Source of the DNA: Microcystaceae cyanobacterium
GTDB taxonomy: Bacteria; Cyanobacteriota; Cyanobacteriia; Cyanobacteriales; Microcystaceae
Assembly (NCBI GenBank): GCA_041746575.1
Contig: JBGTGT010000113.1
Span: 26,017-90,016 of the forward strand
DNA: 64,000 nucleotides
Direction of reading: 5' to 3'
The notes below the pieces were generated by a model. It was not told the DNA's origin. It ran no database searches and saw only the letters and a program-made list of their open reading frames with translations. This document shows, piece by piece, positions 41,051 to 51,471 of the stretch (position 1 is its first letter; each line of letters begins with the position of its first letter). Position numbers and translations under genes: made by a program.

Positions 41051-41176
41051 TGACTGGAACTGAAGGAGAATGAGGTTGTTCAACAGGTAAATTCATATTT
41101 TTACCGTAATGTCGCACAAGCGTTACATTTTCATTGTTCCCAGATCCTTTCGATTTCTAACACAAAGTATCATTTC

Positions 41177-41971
41177 TCAATTAATGGTTGAAGTTTTTCT
41201 GGAACGAAAGAGATGAGAATAATCGGGATGATAGAGTCCAGAACGATAATTCTTGAGCGGATCTAAAGCGGGACTAATAATATAAAGGGTAGTGCGAATC
41301 AGCTTTTCTTGTTGAGTGATTTCTGCCATTTTTTCTAAGGGAACAACCCAAATTTTTTCGTCTTCCCATCCCACTCGAAAACAAATTGCCACAGGGGTGT
41401 CAGGGGAATAATGTAACAGTAATTTTTCTTGAGCTTTATCCGCTTGGCGAGCAGTTAAATAGAGGCATAAACTCGCTTTATGACTGGCTAAACTTGATAA
41501 TTCTTCCGCATCAGGTACAGTAGAGGCATTACCGCCCATTCGTGTTAGAATAATCGTTTGGACTTCTTCTGGAATCGTTAATTCAGCTTCTAATTTTGCG
41601 GCGGCCGCTTGATAAGCACTAATTCCCGGAATTAATTCAAAGGGAATATTGTGTTTTTTTAAGGCTTGAATTTGTTCGTAAATTGCACTATATAAACTTA
41701 AGTCGCCAGAGTGTAAACGAACAACAGATTGATTATTTTGAACGCCATTCACCATCAGGGGAATAATTTCTTCGAGGGTTTTATTTCCTGTTGCGATAAT
41801 TTCTGCATCTGGACGGACATCCTTTAACATTTGTGAAGGAACGAGGGAATTTGCGTATAAAATAATATCTGCTTGAGAGAGAATTTTAGCCGCTTTTAGG
41901 GTTAATAAATCGGGATCACCAGGACCGGCTCCGATAAAATAAACGATGGGGGATAAAAGAGAATGGGTCAT
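41177..41971 (-). CDS. cobM: Precorrin-4/cobalt-precorrin-4 C11-methyltransferase
   Basis: IGAGPGDPDLLT, YANSLV, RLHSGDLSLY, QTIILTR, SGLYHP. Confidence 0.93.
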   Translation of the reverse strand: MTHSLLSPIVYFIGAGPGDPDLLTLKAAKILSQADIILYANSLVPSQMLKDVRPDAEIIATGNKTLEEIIPLMVNGVQNNQSVVRLHSGDLSLYSAIYEQIQALKKHNIPFELIPGISAYQAAAAKLEAELTIPEEVQTIILTRMGGNASTVPDAEELSSLASHKASLCLYLTARQADKAQEKLLLHYSPDTPVAICFRVGWEDEKIWVVPLEKMAEITQQEKLIRTTLYIISPALDPLKNYRSGLYHPDYSHLFRSRKTSTIN

Positions 41972-42295
41972 TGTGAGCAATCAGAATAAAATAGATTATA
42001 TGCCAGTCTAAATAAAGGGTGGAAAAATAGAATAAGCTTCTAGCTTGTAACGACAAGATGCGCTGTTACGGGTTCACAAACGATTTAGACTTTTTACCTC
42101 GTTATTATATTAACCTAAAATTAAGAATAGATCGGCTGGGAACTTTTCTAATGAAGTTTCGTTGTTTATTTCTTTTACGGTTACAAGGAAAATTATAATT
42201 GTTAAAATGCCCTGACTAAGAGAGATTAATTCTTGCCGATCGCTGGTAAAATATTTATCAAATCTTTTTATCTTTTATCATTCCTAACGTCTCTT

Positions 42296-42745
42296 GTGTC
42301 TCTCAATTAAGTCTCTGCGATTACCGAAATTCTATTAAATACCAAGCAAGCCCTAGGTCTCTCTTTTACAGACCTTAAACAAATTATCGGTCGAGATGAA
42401 GTTTGGATTACAACGGTCATTTATCGCTAGGCTAGTGCTTTAGAAGAGGAAGCTTGTAAGCTTCTAGACGCATTGCATTTAAAGCACGAATCGTTGACCA
42501 CTTTAACCGATTGTCCCACAAAAAGATTAAGTTCCATTGCACCAACTGACCCTTTCATTTACCGTTTTTATGAAATTATGCAAGTCTATGGTACGCCGCT
42601 AAAAGGGGTTATTGATGACAAGTTGGGAGATGGTATGATGAGCGCAATTGATTTTACCCTAGATGTGGAAAAAGTTGAAGATCCTAAAGGCGAGCATGTT
42701 AAAGTCATTATAAATAGCAAATTTCTTCCTTATAAAAAATGGTAA
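42296..42745 (+). pseudogene. cynS: Cyanase pseudogene
   Basis: GTG at 42296, TAA at 42308, ITEILL..GLSFTDL..IGRDEVWI..IYR*AS (TAG at 42428), then [29 protein letters not shown]. Confidence 0.88.
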
Positions 42746-42752
42746 TTTTCTG

Positions 42753-43169
42753 ATGGAAACAAGACCTCCTTTACCTCCTTTTACCCTAGAAACAGCAAAA
42801 GCAAAAGTTCAGACAGCAGAAGATGCTTGGAATACGCGCAATCCTGAAAGAGTGTCTTTAGCTTATACTGAAGATTCAGCTTGGCGTAACCGGACTGAAT
42901 TTTTTACCGGACGCCAAAAGATTCAAGAATTTCTGACTCGCAAGTGGAATAGCGAACTCAATTATCGCCTTAAAAAAGAACTTTGGAGTTTCAGCGATAA
43001 CCGTATTTCTGTTAAATTCGAGTATGAATATCATACAGATTCAGGACAATGGTATCGTGCCTACGGAAATGAACAATGGGAGTTTGCACCAAATGGTTTA
43101 ATGCAGCGTCGAGAGGCCAGTATTAACGATTTACCGATTCAGGAATCAGAACGTAAATTCTGTTTTTAA
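42753..43169 (+). CDS. DUF1348 / NTF2-like (SnoaL-like) protein
   Basis: [46 protein letters not shown]. Confidence 0.88.
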   Translation: METRPPLPPFTLETAKAKVQTAEDAWNTRNPERVSLAYTEDSAWRNRTEFFTGRQKIQEFLTRKWNSELNYRLKKELWSFSDNRISVKFEYEYHTDSGQWYRAYGNEQWEFAPNGLMQRREASINDLPIQESERKFCF

Positions 43170-43310
43170 GGTTAACTTTAAGAATAACATCGAGGCGGTC
43201 AAATCAGAATTTCTGAAATTGCAGAGCCAGTTGTGATAAAGTTAAAAATAAAAAATTTGTTGAACAGTTTGGTTTAATAATTAACGCTATCGAGTTCGTT
43301 ACTTTTTAAG

Positions 43311-43742
43311 ATGAATAAATTGCTGAAACAGTTAGGGTTAGCCACTTTTATTTTAGGGATAACTTCCTTAAATTTACCCATTCAAGCAGCGCAATATCAA
43401 CATTGTTTTAATGTAAAAAAATATCGTACCGTCAGAGATTCTGGGAATCATCCTACTGCTTATAATGATGGTTATCGAGAAGGTTTACAATCAGCCAGAA
43501 AGGGAGAGAAATACGAACCAAGGAGTACAGGAGGAGAATTTGCGAGAGGGTTTGATGATGCTTATTATGGACGAGTTGCCACAGGACAAGAATATATAGT
43601 TCAAGATCGCCAAGAACCTTACACAGCTCAAGAATGCCGACTTTATTACTATAGTGAAAAGTATTCAATTGATCAGATTTTACGGCAAGTTTTAGGAGAT
43701 TTTGAACAGGACTTAGAACGTCAATGGAATATTAATGATTAG
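43311..43742 (+). CDS. Hypothetical exported protein
   Basis: Signal-like N-terminus ending IQA; YNDGYREG and FARGFDDAYYG motifs. Confidence 0.65.
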   Translation: MNKLLKQLGLATFILGITSLNLPIQAAQYQHCFNVKKYRTVRDSGNHPTAYNDGYREGLQSARKGEKYEPRSTGGEFARGFDDAYYGRVATGQEYIVQDRQEPYTAQECRLYYYSEKYSIDQILRQVLGDFEQDLERQWNIND

Positions 43743-43785
43743 TAGCTTAAAATTAGGATTGATTTGTGTCAATTTTAGCAATGCC

Positions 43786-44367
43786 TTAGGAAGGAGAAAG
43801 CAAAGAGAGATCGTGGAAAGCAAATTCTTGATAAATGTCCCATTGTTTGCCATTATGTAACAATAAAGTGAGGTGAGAAACGGTAAAATTAAATTGCAAA
43901 CATTGATCTTGATATTCTTGCCATGCGGAATGAAAAGCTGATTTTTTTAAATCTCGAAAGGCGACAGTTAAATGAGGATGAAAAGGACGATGTTGGGCAA
44001 CCTCATGAACAATATTTAAGTAAGTTTCTAAATAATCACTTAAGTCTTTTTGTAGCCGTAATAATTCGGGTGTTTTAACCACATTAATGAAAATGACACG
44101 GGGTTTAAATGCACTAAACCCATCCAATGTCATTGGAATGGGAATATGATTTTTCGCAAACGTTGTTAAAGCCTGACTCAGTTGAGAAACGTTATCCCAT
44201 TGCCATTCAAAAGGGGGTTGTAACGTAACATGAGGTGGAGATTTCTTAGCCGCTTTACTGTTATAAGTTTCCGCAAAATGATCTTTAATTTGATTGGCAA
44301 CATCTTGCACTTCTTGAGAGGGTAATAGGGCGATAAAAAAACATTTATTTTGATTTGAATCATTCAT
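43786..44367 (-). CDS. 2H phosphoesterase (2'-5' RNA ligase family)
   Basis: Two HxT motifs: PHVTL and PHLTVAFRDL. Confidence 0.88.
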   Translation of the reverse strand: MNDSNQNKCFFIALLPSQEVQDVANQIKDHFAETYNSKAAKKSPPHVTLQPPFEWQWDNVSQLSQALTTFAKNHIPIPMTLDGFSAFKPRVIFINVVKTPELLRLQKDLSDYLETYLNIVHEVAQHRPFHPHLTVAFRDLKKSAFHSAWQEYQDQCLQFNFTVSHLTLLLHNGKQWDIYQEFAFHDLSLLSPS

Positions 44368-44445
44368 TTTGATTTAAAAAAAGATTATTTATTATCTAAT
44401 ATTGCTATAACCTCGAATAATTGTTCTTTATTCTAACTCACTATT

Positions 44446-44561
44446 CTAACTCACTTTTTCTTCAGGCAATGTCCCTTTCAAATAACTTACTATTCAATTA
44501 AACGCTCTAAGTGCTTTTAAAGTTTTTCATCACCTCTAACCCTTGGACTAACACTTTTTTT
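44446..44561 (-). repeat. Decayed duplicate of the mfd 3' end
   Basis: Aligns by eye with 45051-45164; translates with indels to KKVLVQGLEVMK..HLERLIE*.SYLKGTLPEEKVS*, versus Mfd [37 protein letters not shown]. Confidence 0.85.
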
Positions 44562-44622
44562 GCTCCTAGAATAAATAGTGTATAATTAAGGATGGATTAA
44601 ATTTAAAGATTCAAAAAATTTC

Positions 44623-45030
44623 ATGAAGTATTTAATTATTTACGATGGCAATTGTAATTTGTGCGTGACTTTTACCCGATTGCTAGAAACCTTTGATCAA
44701 GGGAAACTCTTTAATTATATCCCCATGCAAAATGAGAAAGTTTTAAAACAATATCATATTACACCAGAAGATTGTGAAATGGGGATGATTTTAATTAACC
44801 AAGATGTGCCAAGTCAACGCTCACAAGGGAGTGAAGCGGCTGAAGAAATTGTCAATTTGTTACCGATGGGACAAGCCTTTATCTCAGCTTATCGTGCTTT
44901 ATCAGGTATGAAACTATTAGGCGATCGCACCTATGAACAAATCCGAGATAATCGTTATCAATGGTTTGGTAAACGTCAAGAAACTTATCATTCTTCCTTT
45001 GGTTGTCATCAAGAAAAATGTTCATTTTAA
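44623..45030 (+). CDS. DCC family (DUF393) thiol-disulfide oxidoreductase
   Basis: IYDGNCNLC (DxxCxxC) and Y..IRDNRYQWFG. Confidence 0.9.
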   Translation: MKYLIIYDGNCNLCVTFTRLLETFDQGKLFNYIPMQNEKVLKQYHITPEDCEMGMILINQDVPSQRSQGSEAAEEIVNLLPMGQAFISAYRALSGMKLLGDRTYEQIRDNRYQWFGKRQETYHSSFGCHQEKCSF

Positions 45031-45050
45031 GTATCTCTTTATTCTAAATT

Positions 45051-48000
45051 CTAACTTACTTTTTCTTCAGGTAATCCCCCTTTTAAATGACTTAACCACT
45101 CAATTAAACTCTCTAATTGTTTTTGGGGTTTCATGACGCCTAATCCTCGCACTACTACTTTTTTAGACGTATAAACGAAACGAGTTTGTAAATATTTTGG
45201 TAAATTTTCTGCTAACAATTTCCATGCCGGCTCTTCCATGGGAGTTTCTAAAATAACGTGTTGTTTTCCTTCAGGTTTAATACGCGAAAATCCCACTGAT
45301 TTCGCTAAGAATTTCAATTTAATCACCTGTAATAATTGTTGCACAGGAGACGGTAATGCGCCGTAGCGATCGCACCATTCTGCCGCAATTTGAGTTAATC
45401 TCTCCTGAGAATCTGCTGTCGCCACTTGTCGATAGGCGGCCATTTTTTGCTCTAAATCGGTGATATAGTCGGCGGGAATAAAGGCTGTTAGGTTCAAATC
45501 GATGCTGGTTTCCTCAACTTTAGGAATTTCTTGTCCCTGTATCTCATTAATAGCTTCTTGCAACATCTCCATATATAATTCAAAGCCAATCGCCGCCATT
45601 TGTCCCGATTGCTCTGCCCCTAAAAGGTTACCGACGCCGCGAATTTCCATATCTCGGGTGGCTAGTTGATAACCTGACCCCAATTGACTAAACTCTTGTA
45701 AAGCGCGCAGTCGCTCCCTTGCCGTTTCGGATAAATCTCCTTTACCGGGATAAAGTAACCATGCGTGAGCTTGAGTACCAGAGCGTCCGACGCGTCCTCG
45801 CAGTTGATAAAGCTGAGATAAGCCAAATTTTTGAGAATCTTCGACAATAATGGTGTTTACCCTCGGAATGTCCAAACCCGATTCAATGATAGTGGTACAA
45901 ACCAAAATATCCGCTTCTCCGTTATTAAACGCTAACATGGCAGTTTCTAATTCATTGACTTCCATTTGACCATGAGCCATCATAATCCTAGCACTGGGTA
46001 TCATTTGCTGTAACTGTCCGGCGATTTCTTCAATTCCTTCCACTTTAGGAACGACATAAAAGACTTGTCCTCCCCTGTCTAATTCGTTACGAATAGCAGT
46101 GCGGATAACATCGGTGTTGTAAGTAGAAAGATGGGTTTTAATCGGACGACGAGAAGGGGGAGGGGTAGTAATCAAACTCATTTCTCGTATGCCTGAAAGA
46201 GACATGTAGAGGGTTCGGGGAATCGGTGTAGCGGTTAAGGTTAAGACATCAACTTGAGTTTTCATTGCCTTAATTTTCTCTTTTTGATTGACACCAAACC
46301 GTTGTTCTTCGTCTATTATAAGTAATCCTAAGTCTTTAAACTTAACACTTTTTCCTAATAATTGATGGGTTCCCACCACAATATCTAATTCCCCCGTAGC
46401 AAGGCGTTGGATTATATCTTTTTTCTCAGAAGCAGTGCGAAACCGATTTAACAAACCAATATTAATCGGATAGGGAGCAAATCGTTCTTTCAAAGTGTGA
46501 TAATGTTGTTGAGTTAGAATCGTAGTAGGGGCGAGAAAAGCGACTTGTTTATGTCCTGATGTAACAGCTTTAAAAATAGCTCGAATAGCGACTTCAGTTT
46601 TACCAAAACCCACATCCCCACAAACTAGCCTATCCATCGGGCGATCGCTTTCTAAATCTCTTTTAACATCCTGTGTGGCTTTTAATTGGTCAGGAGTGGG
46701 TTGATAAGGAAAGGAGTCCTCCATTTCTATTTGCCAAGGCGTATCTACGGGATAGGTAAACCTTGTCAATTTAGAACGTTTCGCATAAAGATTTAAGAGA
46801 TCAACCGCTAATTTTTTAATTGCTTTTCTGATTCTTTGTCGTGTTTTTTCCCATCCCTGCCCTGACATTTTATCGAGTTGGGGAGGACGATTGCTAATAT
46901 TACGATAGCGAGATAAACTATCTAGATTATCAGCAGGAATACGCAGAATTCCATCGGCATATTGCAGAACTAAGTATTCGCGAGTAGATAGGGTTTCTAA
47001 CTGAATAAATTTACCGATGCCATGACTTTTATGAACAACATAATCTCCCGGCGTGAGTTTATTGACATCTACCTGTTTTGAAGTGGCTTTTCGTCGTTTA
47101 CGAACATATCCTGTTACGGCTAAAACGTGTTGACCAAAAAACTCTCTATCGGTCACAACCACAATACGAAAAGTGGGTAAAATAAAGCCTTCTAATTCTG
47201 CTAAACCGGAATATTTTAAAGCAATATTTGTGCCTTGTATTTGAAGTTTTTCGATGGCAGGATAATCTTTAATATTGGGAACGAATTGAGAGGGACAATC
47301 GTGTTCTTGTAAGAGTGAAACAGTGCGAGAAGGTTGAGCAGAAATTAACCAAGTAGCATACTTTTCGATAGTCATTCCTTGATAAATTTCCCGCTTTCCT
47401 CTCAGAATTTCAGCCATCTTCGCAAATTGATGAGGAGTGGTGGGCAGGGGACGGCTGGATAAGTTAATAGCGGCTTTATCGGTTGCTTCTACTAATTCTG
47501 ATAAGTAGAGAATAGGAAAGGCTTGAAATTGTTGAATTGTTTGATCAAAAGCTCGGTGTATTTTTGGTAAAAAGGCTTGAGAATTGAATTCTTCCCATTG
47601 ATCTTGCACATATTCTAACCATTTATCGCTATGGGATTGACACTGCTCTAATTCATCAATTGCCCATAAAGTATCATCAGGCAAATAATCCAGAAGGGAA
47701 CTCGGAGACTCAAAAGCAAGCCCCAAAAAACGCCCCATTCCTTCAGGAAAGTTACCCCTTTCTAAATCGTCTTGTTCTGCTGAAGAGAGGAAAGAATGAA
47801 TACGATTTCCGGTTACTTGAAGCTGCTGAGAAATAATCGGTGCGAAGCTAGTCGGAGTGACCACAATTTGTTCAATTCTATCTAAAGATCGTTGGGTTGA
47901 AGGGTCAAATTCCCGAATTTGTTCTAATTCATCACCAAACCATTCTAATCTTAGGGGCAATTCCGCAGAAACAGGGAAAATATCGACAATATCTCCTCTA

Positions 48001-48539
48001 CGACTCCATTGTCCTTCTGTTTCCACTAAAGACACCCTTTCGTAGCCCAGTTGTGCCAATTCCTGCTCTAATGCTTTGGCATCTTGACTCATGCCCGACG
48101 TGAAGGTAAGGCAGTAACGTTGAAAGACATCTGGGGGAGGAAGATGAGGCTGTAACGCTTTTTCGGTGGTAACAATGGCGAGTTGTCGGGTAACGGATAA
48201 TGGGTTATGGATGACTGACAAAACCTGCATCTGTCCCCAAATCATCTCGGATTCTGGGTTAAAAGCTTCGTAAGGAGACGCTTCTGAGGTGGGATAGAAA
48301 TTCACGCTTTTCCACCCCATCGTCTCTAATTGTGCCGTCCAACGGGAGGCTTCCTCAAGGGTGGCGCAAACCACTAAGAGATTTTGAGCTTCAGCTTGGG
48401 CTAGACTAGACGCAAGGAGTCCTTTAACGATGCGAGGGATTCCGGTTAGGTGTAAGGTCTTATTTTTAGCTAATTTTTGCTGTAATTCTGCACTGAGGGG
48501 CGATTTATTGAGGTGACGAATAACAGAAGAAAAAACCAT
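45051..48539 (-). CDS. mfd: Transcription-repair coupling factor
   Basis: [64 protein letters not shown]. Confidence 0.97.
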   Translation of the reverse strand: MVFSSVIRHLNKSPLSAELQQKLAKNKTLHLTGIPRIVKGLLASSLAQAEAQNLLVVCATLEEASRWTAQLETMGWKSVNFYPTSEASPYEAFNPESEMIWGQMQVLSVIHNPLSVTRQLAIVTTEKALQPHLPPPDVFQRYCLTFTSGMSQDAKALEQELAQLGYERVSLVETEGQWSRRGDIVDIFPVSAELPLRLEWFGDELEQIREFDPSTQRSLDRIEQIVVTPTSFAPIISQQLQVTGNRIHSFLSSAEQDDLERGNFPEGMGRFLGLAFESPSSLLDYLPDDTLWAIDELEQCQSHSDKWLEYVQDQWEEFNSQAFLPKIHRAFDQTIQQFQAFPILYLSELVEATDKAAINLSSRPLPTTPHQFAKMAEILRGKREIYQGMTIEKYATWLISAQPSRTVSLLQEHDCPSQFVPNIKDYPAIEKLQIQGTNIALKYSGLAELEGFILPTFRIVVVTDREFFGQHVLAVTGYVRKRRKATSKQVDVNKLTPGDYVVHKSHGIGKFIQLETLSTREYLVLQYADGILRIPADNLDSLSRYRNISNRPPQLDKMSGQGWEKTRQRIRKAIKKLAVDLLNLYAKRSKLTRFTYPVDTPWQIEMEDSFPYQPTPDQLKATQDVKRDLESDRPMDRLVCGDVGFGKTEVAIRAIFKAVTSGHKQVAFLAPTTILTQQHYHTLKERFAPYPINIGLLNRFRTASEKKDIIQRLATGELDIVVGTHQLLGKSVKFKDLGLLIIDEEQRFGVNQKEKIKAMKTQVDVLTLTATPIPRTLYMSLSGIREMSLITTPPPSRRPIKTHLSTYNTDVIRTAIRNELDRGGQVFYVVPKVEGIEEIAGQLQQMIPSARIMMAHGQMEVNELETAMLAFNNGEADILVCTTIIESGLDIPRVNTIIVEDSQKFGLSQLYQLRGRVGRSGTQAHAWLLYPGKGDLSETARERLRALQEFSQLGSGYQLATRDMEIRGVGNLLGAEQSGQMAAIGFELYMEMLQEAINEIQGQEIPKVEETSIDLNLTAFIPADYITDLEQKMAAYRQVATADSQERLTQIAAEWCDRYGALPSPVQQLLQVIKLKFLAKSVGFSRIKPEGKQHVILETPMEEPAWKLLAENLPKYLQTRFVYTSKKVVVRGLGVMKPQKQLESLIEWLSHLKGGLPEEKVS

Positions 48540-48744
48540 AGGGAGGAAGCATCAAAATTTTAAGCGCAATTTTATATTATATAACCATCTCCAAAAGTCT
48601 TAAAAACTTATCTTTACTTCATTCGTAATCTTGCAAAATCTAGCTAAATAATCCTCATCCAATGCTTTATTTACCCTCAATAGCTATCAGCCGCTTTCAG
48701 TGATGACATTCAAGTACTGCGTCATTTTTTCTCCTGTCAAATTC

Positions 48745-50268
48745 TTAGAATTCATCCACAGGGGTTGCCAATCCATATTTTTCTAAAAGTGTCACTAATT
48801 GTTCTTTGGCTTGAGAGGCGTTAATCGCTAATTCTGCAAATTCAATGTAACGTTTCAGTTCTTTACGGAGTAAATTACGTTCGACTTCCCACGTTTCTCG
48901 ATCTAACGCTGGGGGTAAAACAATCATATCAAATAAAGTTGCCTGTTTTTTGTGGGGATGAACTCGTAATATACGTCCCCTTCGTTGAATAAATTGACGC
49001 GGATTCCCTGTACTTGCTAAGATAATTGCTGTTTGAATGGAGGGAATATCTACCCCTTCATCAAGACAACGAATGGCAACTAATCCTTGCAAGATTCCTT
49101 GTTCAAATTGTTGACGTATTTTTTCTCTTTCTTTTAAGGGCGTTTCGGCGGTATAAGTATTAACTCGGTACCCCATTTCTTGTCCCAAAACTTGGGTAAC
49201 GACTTCTAATTGACGGCGATAAGATTGATTATGGTGGGCGACAGAGCCATCGCCACAATAAAAGAGAGTATGGTCAGTATTTTTTCGATTAATCATTACT
49301 TCTCTTAAGGCTTGAATTTTATTTTCTGCTGTACCAATTAAACGAGCGCGTTGGATTAATAAAGCCGTTAGCGTTTCATTTTTGGTGCCTTGATTGTGTT
49401 TGCTTAATGCCCAGCCAATCCGTTGTGTTAACTTTGCATATTGCCACGCTTCCGATTCTGTTAATTCTACAAAAATAGGATAGTATAAATAGGGGGCTAA
49501 CACGTTTTTTTGAATAGCATCTTCGAGGGTAAATTCAGGTTCTAAAATTTTGCCAAAGTAAGACAATAAAGATTCTGTCCCTTCTTCATCAAAGTAGCGT
49601 TCAGGGGTTGCTGATAATCCTAGGCGTAAGCCAATGCTACGGGGTAATTTGTCTAAGAGATGCTCAGATCCTAAGTTATGAACTTCATCTCCAATCATTA
49701 AGGTTTTTTCGGGAAAAAATTGAATATTAGACTGAAAACCTTCAGTGATTAAGGTCGAATTGGTGGTGATAACCGTTAAAAAATCCTGTGGATTAATCGT
49801 TAAATTATACAATTGATTTGCCAAAATAGGTTGCCACTGATGAACCGTTTCAAAGGCCAAAATTGGACATAAATGAAAGCGTTGACACTCTTTTTCCCAT
49901 TGGGTGACTAGATGACAATAAGGACAAATTATCACCACCATTCTTAAGTTAATTTTCTGGTATAATTCAGTAAGAATCGCTAGAGCAGTAATGGTTTTAC
50001 CGCTTCCTGTGGCCATTTTTAATGTTCCTCGGCCTTGATGATTGAACCAATTCAGAATTGCTTGATGTTGATAATCTCTTAGGAAAAAATTGGCAGGGTA
50101 TTTAGGAATGCCTAACTGCTGAGTATGATAATCGCTAAACGATTCTGCAACTCTTTTTTTAATTTTCTTTTGATACGTTTGGCTTAAGTATTGCCAGTCT
50201 ATATTAAGAGAGTTTTCATGTTCAATTAATTGAGGGGGATGGGACCAATGAAAATAATTGATAGACAT
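48745..50268 (-). CDS. SF2 helicase resembling cyanobacterial DNA-phosphorothioation-associated restriction enzymes
   Basis: LRDYQ, MATGSGKT, DEVH, SATP, LDEGVDIP, QRRGR; family assignment from recall. Confidence 0.75.
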   Translation of the reverse strand: MSINYFHWSHPPQLIEHENSLNIDWQYLSQTYQKKIKKRVAESFSDYHTQQLGIPKYPANFFLRDYQHQAILNWFNHQGRGTLKMATGSGKTITALAILTELYQKINLRMVVIICPYCHLVTQWEKECQRFHLCPILAFETVHQWQPILANQLYNLTINPQDFLTVITTNSTLITEGFQSNIQFFPEKTLMIGDEVHNLGSEHLLDKLPRSIGLRLGLSATPERYFDEEGTESLLSYFGKILEPEFTLEDAIQKNVLAPYLYYPIFVELTESEAWQYAKLTQRIGWALSKHNQGTKNETLTALLIQRARLIGTAENKIQALREVMINRKNTDHTLFYCGDGSVAHHNQSYRRQLEVVTQVLGQEMGYRVNTYTAETPLKEREKIRQQFEQGILQGLVAIRCLDEGVDIPSIQTAIILASTGNPRQFIQRRGRILRVHPHKKQATLFDMIVLPPALDRETWEVERNLLRKELKRYIEFAELAINASQAKEQLVTLLEKYGLATPVDEF

Positions 50269-50426
50269 AGCTTGATCAAAATAAAATTTTTATTACTAAC
50301 AGATATTAAACCTATGATAACTTAAACTTAAAAGACAGTAACTAATTCGTCACCATGGAGAAATAGAGATTAAAAATAAATAGGTAGAAATCCAGAATCA
50401 TCCGTTTAAGTGTCTTAATATTTAGT

Positions 50427-50984
50427 TCATTTTTGTCCTTTTTTGAATCTTTTATTCGTTTTTTTCTGGTTTTTTTTGAGAGTGGAAAAAGATTTCAGTT
50501 TTGAACTAATTTGATCACTGATACTGTGACTCATTGCGCCTAGTTCTAAACCTATAAAAATAGCGATCGCTTCTTCTTGATACTGCTTCACGATTAGATT
50601 GATAATCTGTGTTCCCGTTGCTAACAAGTTGAACTCGAATTTATTGCTTAAATTCAATAAAGAAAGAATAAGAATGGATAATAAGATTAAAAACAATGAC
50701 AAATAGAATAACCGAATTATTGTACCGATCATCAACCCATGGGATAAAAATGAGCGATGTCTGATCCATTTTTGATAAGGTTTCCAAATTCCCCTTAACA
50801 TTCCCCATCGTTTGTATTGAATTGAATAAATATCTAAATCCGGCCCAAACATCAAGCCACTGAAGAGATAAGCGGTAGAAACGATTAACGTAATGCTCCA
50901 CTTTTGAGTCAAAATATAACAGAGACTTAAAAGGAGTGGAATCGTTAAAAACGTAATGCGATCATGGGTTTGACCTGATGGCAT
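50427..50984 (-). CDS. DUF2227 putative metal-binding membrane protein
   Basis: MPSGQTHDRIT, GPDLD, HRSFLSHG, GAMSH..SD. Confidence 0.87.
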   Translation of the reverse strand: MPSGQTHDRITFLTIPLLLSLCYILTQKWSITLIVSTAYLFSGLMFGPDLDIYSIQYKRWGMLRGIWKPYQKWIRHRSFLSHGLMIGTIIRLFYLSLFLILLSILILSLLNLSNKFEFNLLATGTQIINLIVKQYQEEAIAIFIGLELGAMSHSISDQISSKLKSFSTLKKNQKKTNKRFKKGQK

Positions 50985-51303
50985 AATACCCCATTTTTAA
51001 TTCGTGAAGGAGATTAATCATCAAGGACGTTGAGTCAAGCTCATCAATCATCATAACCTCTACCGACCCAGCTATTTAACAGAAATTAAGCAATCTTACT
51101 TAACCGTTAAGTTTTCGTTATGTAACTTTTTATAAAAAAGCGAGATCAAGACGTCACTTTATGATATGGAGAAAAACAAGCTTAAGAATAGGGAATAACC
51201 CTCACGTAAAACCCATCAGGAAAGTTAATCAAAGGGTCTATAAATTGTAATTGAAAAATCCTTAAATAGGCAATCCTAGAATGACAAAACCCGATATCAC
51301 TCA

Positions 51304-51312
51304 TGGTATGAT
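51304..51312 (+). promoter_or_regulatory. Candidate extended -10 for rbcLXS
   Basis: TGGTATGAT about 160 nt upstream of the rbcL ATG; GGAGG SD before the start. Confidence 0.35.
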
Positions 51313-51471
51313 GAGGACTCGAAGGAAAGATTAAGGATTCTTAACGGTCGTTCAGACAAGGCTTCTGACAACCGAATAGAAAAATTCTCCCGAAATATGG
51401 CGTTAGCTCAATCGAGATAGAACGCTAAGTAAAGAGACGTTAAATTTGCCATTTTATGGAGGAATAACCAA

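Noticed and set aside
41972..42295. Cobalamin riboswitch upstream of cobM, or an NtcA box upstream of cynS
   Set aside because: No B12-box (GGGAA..GCCCCCGC..GCCACTG) and no exact GTA-N8-TAC found
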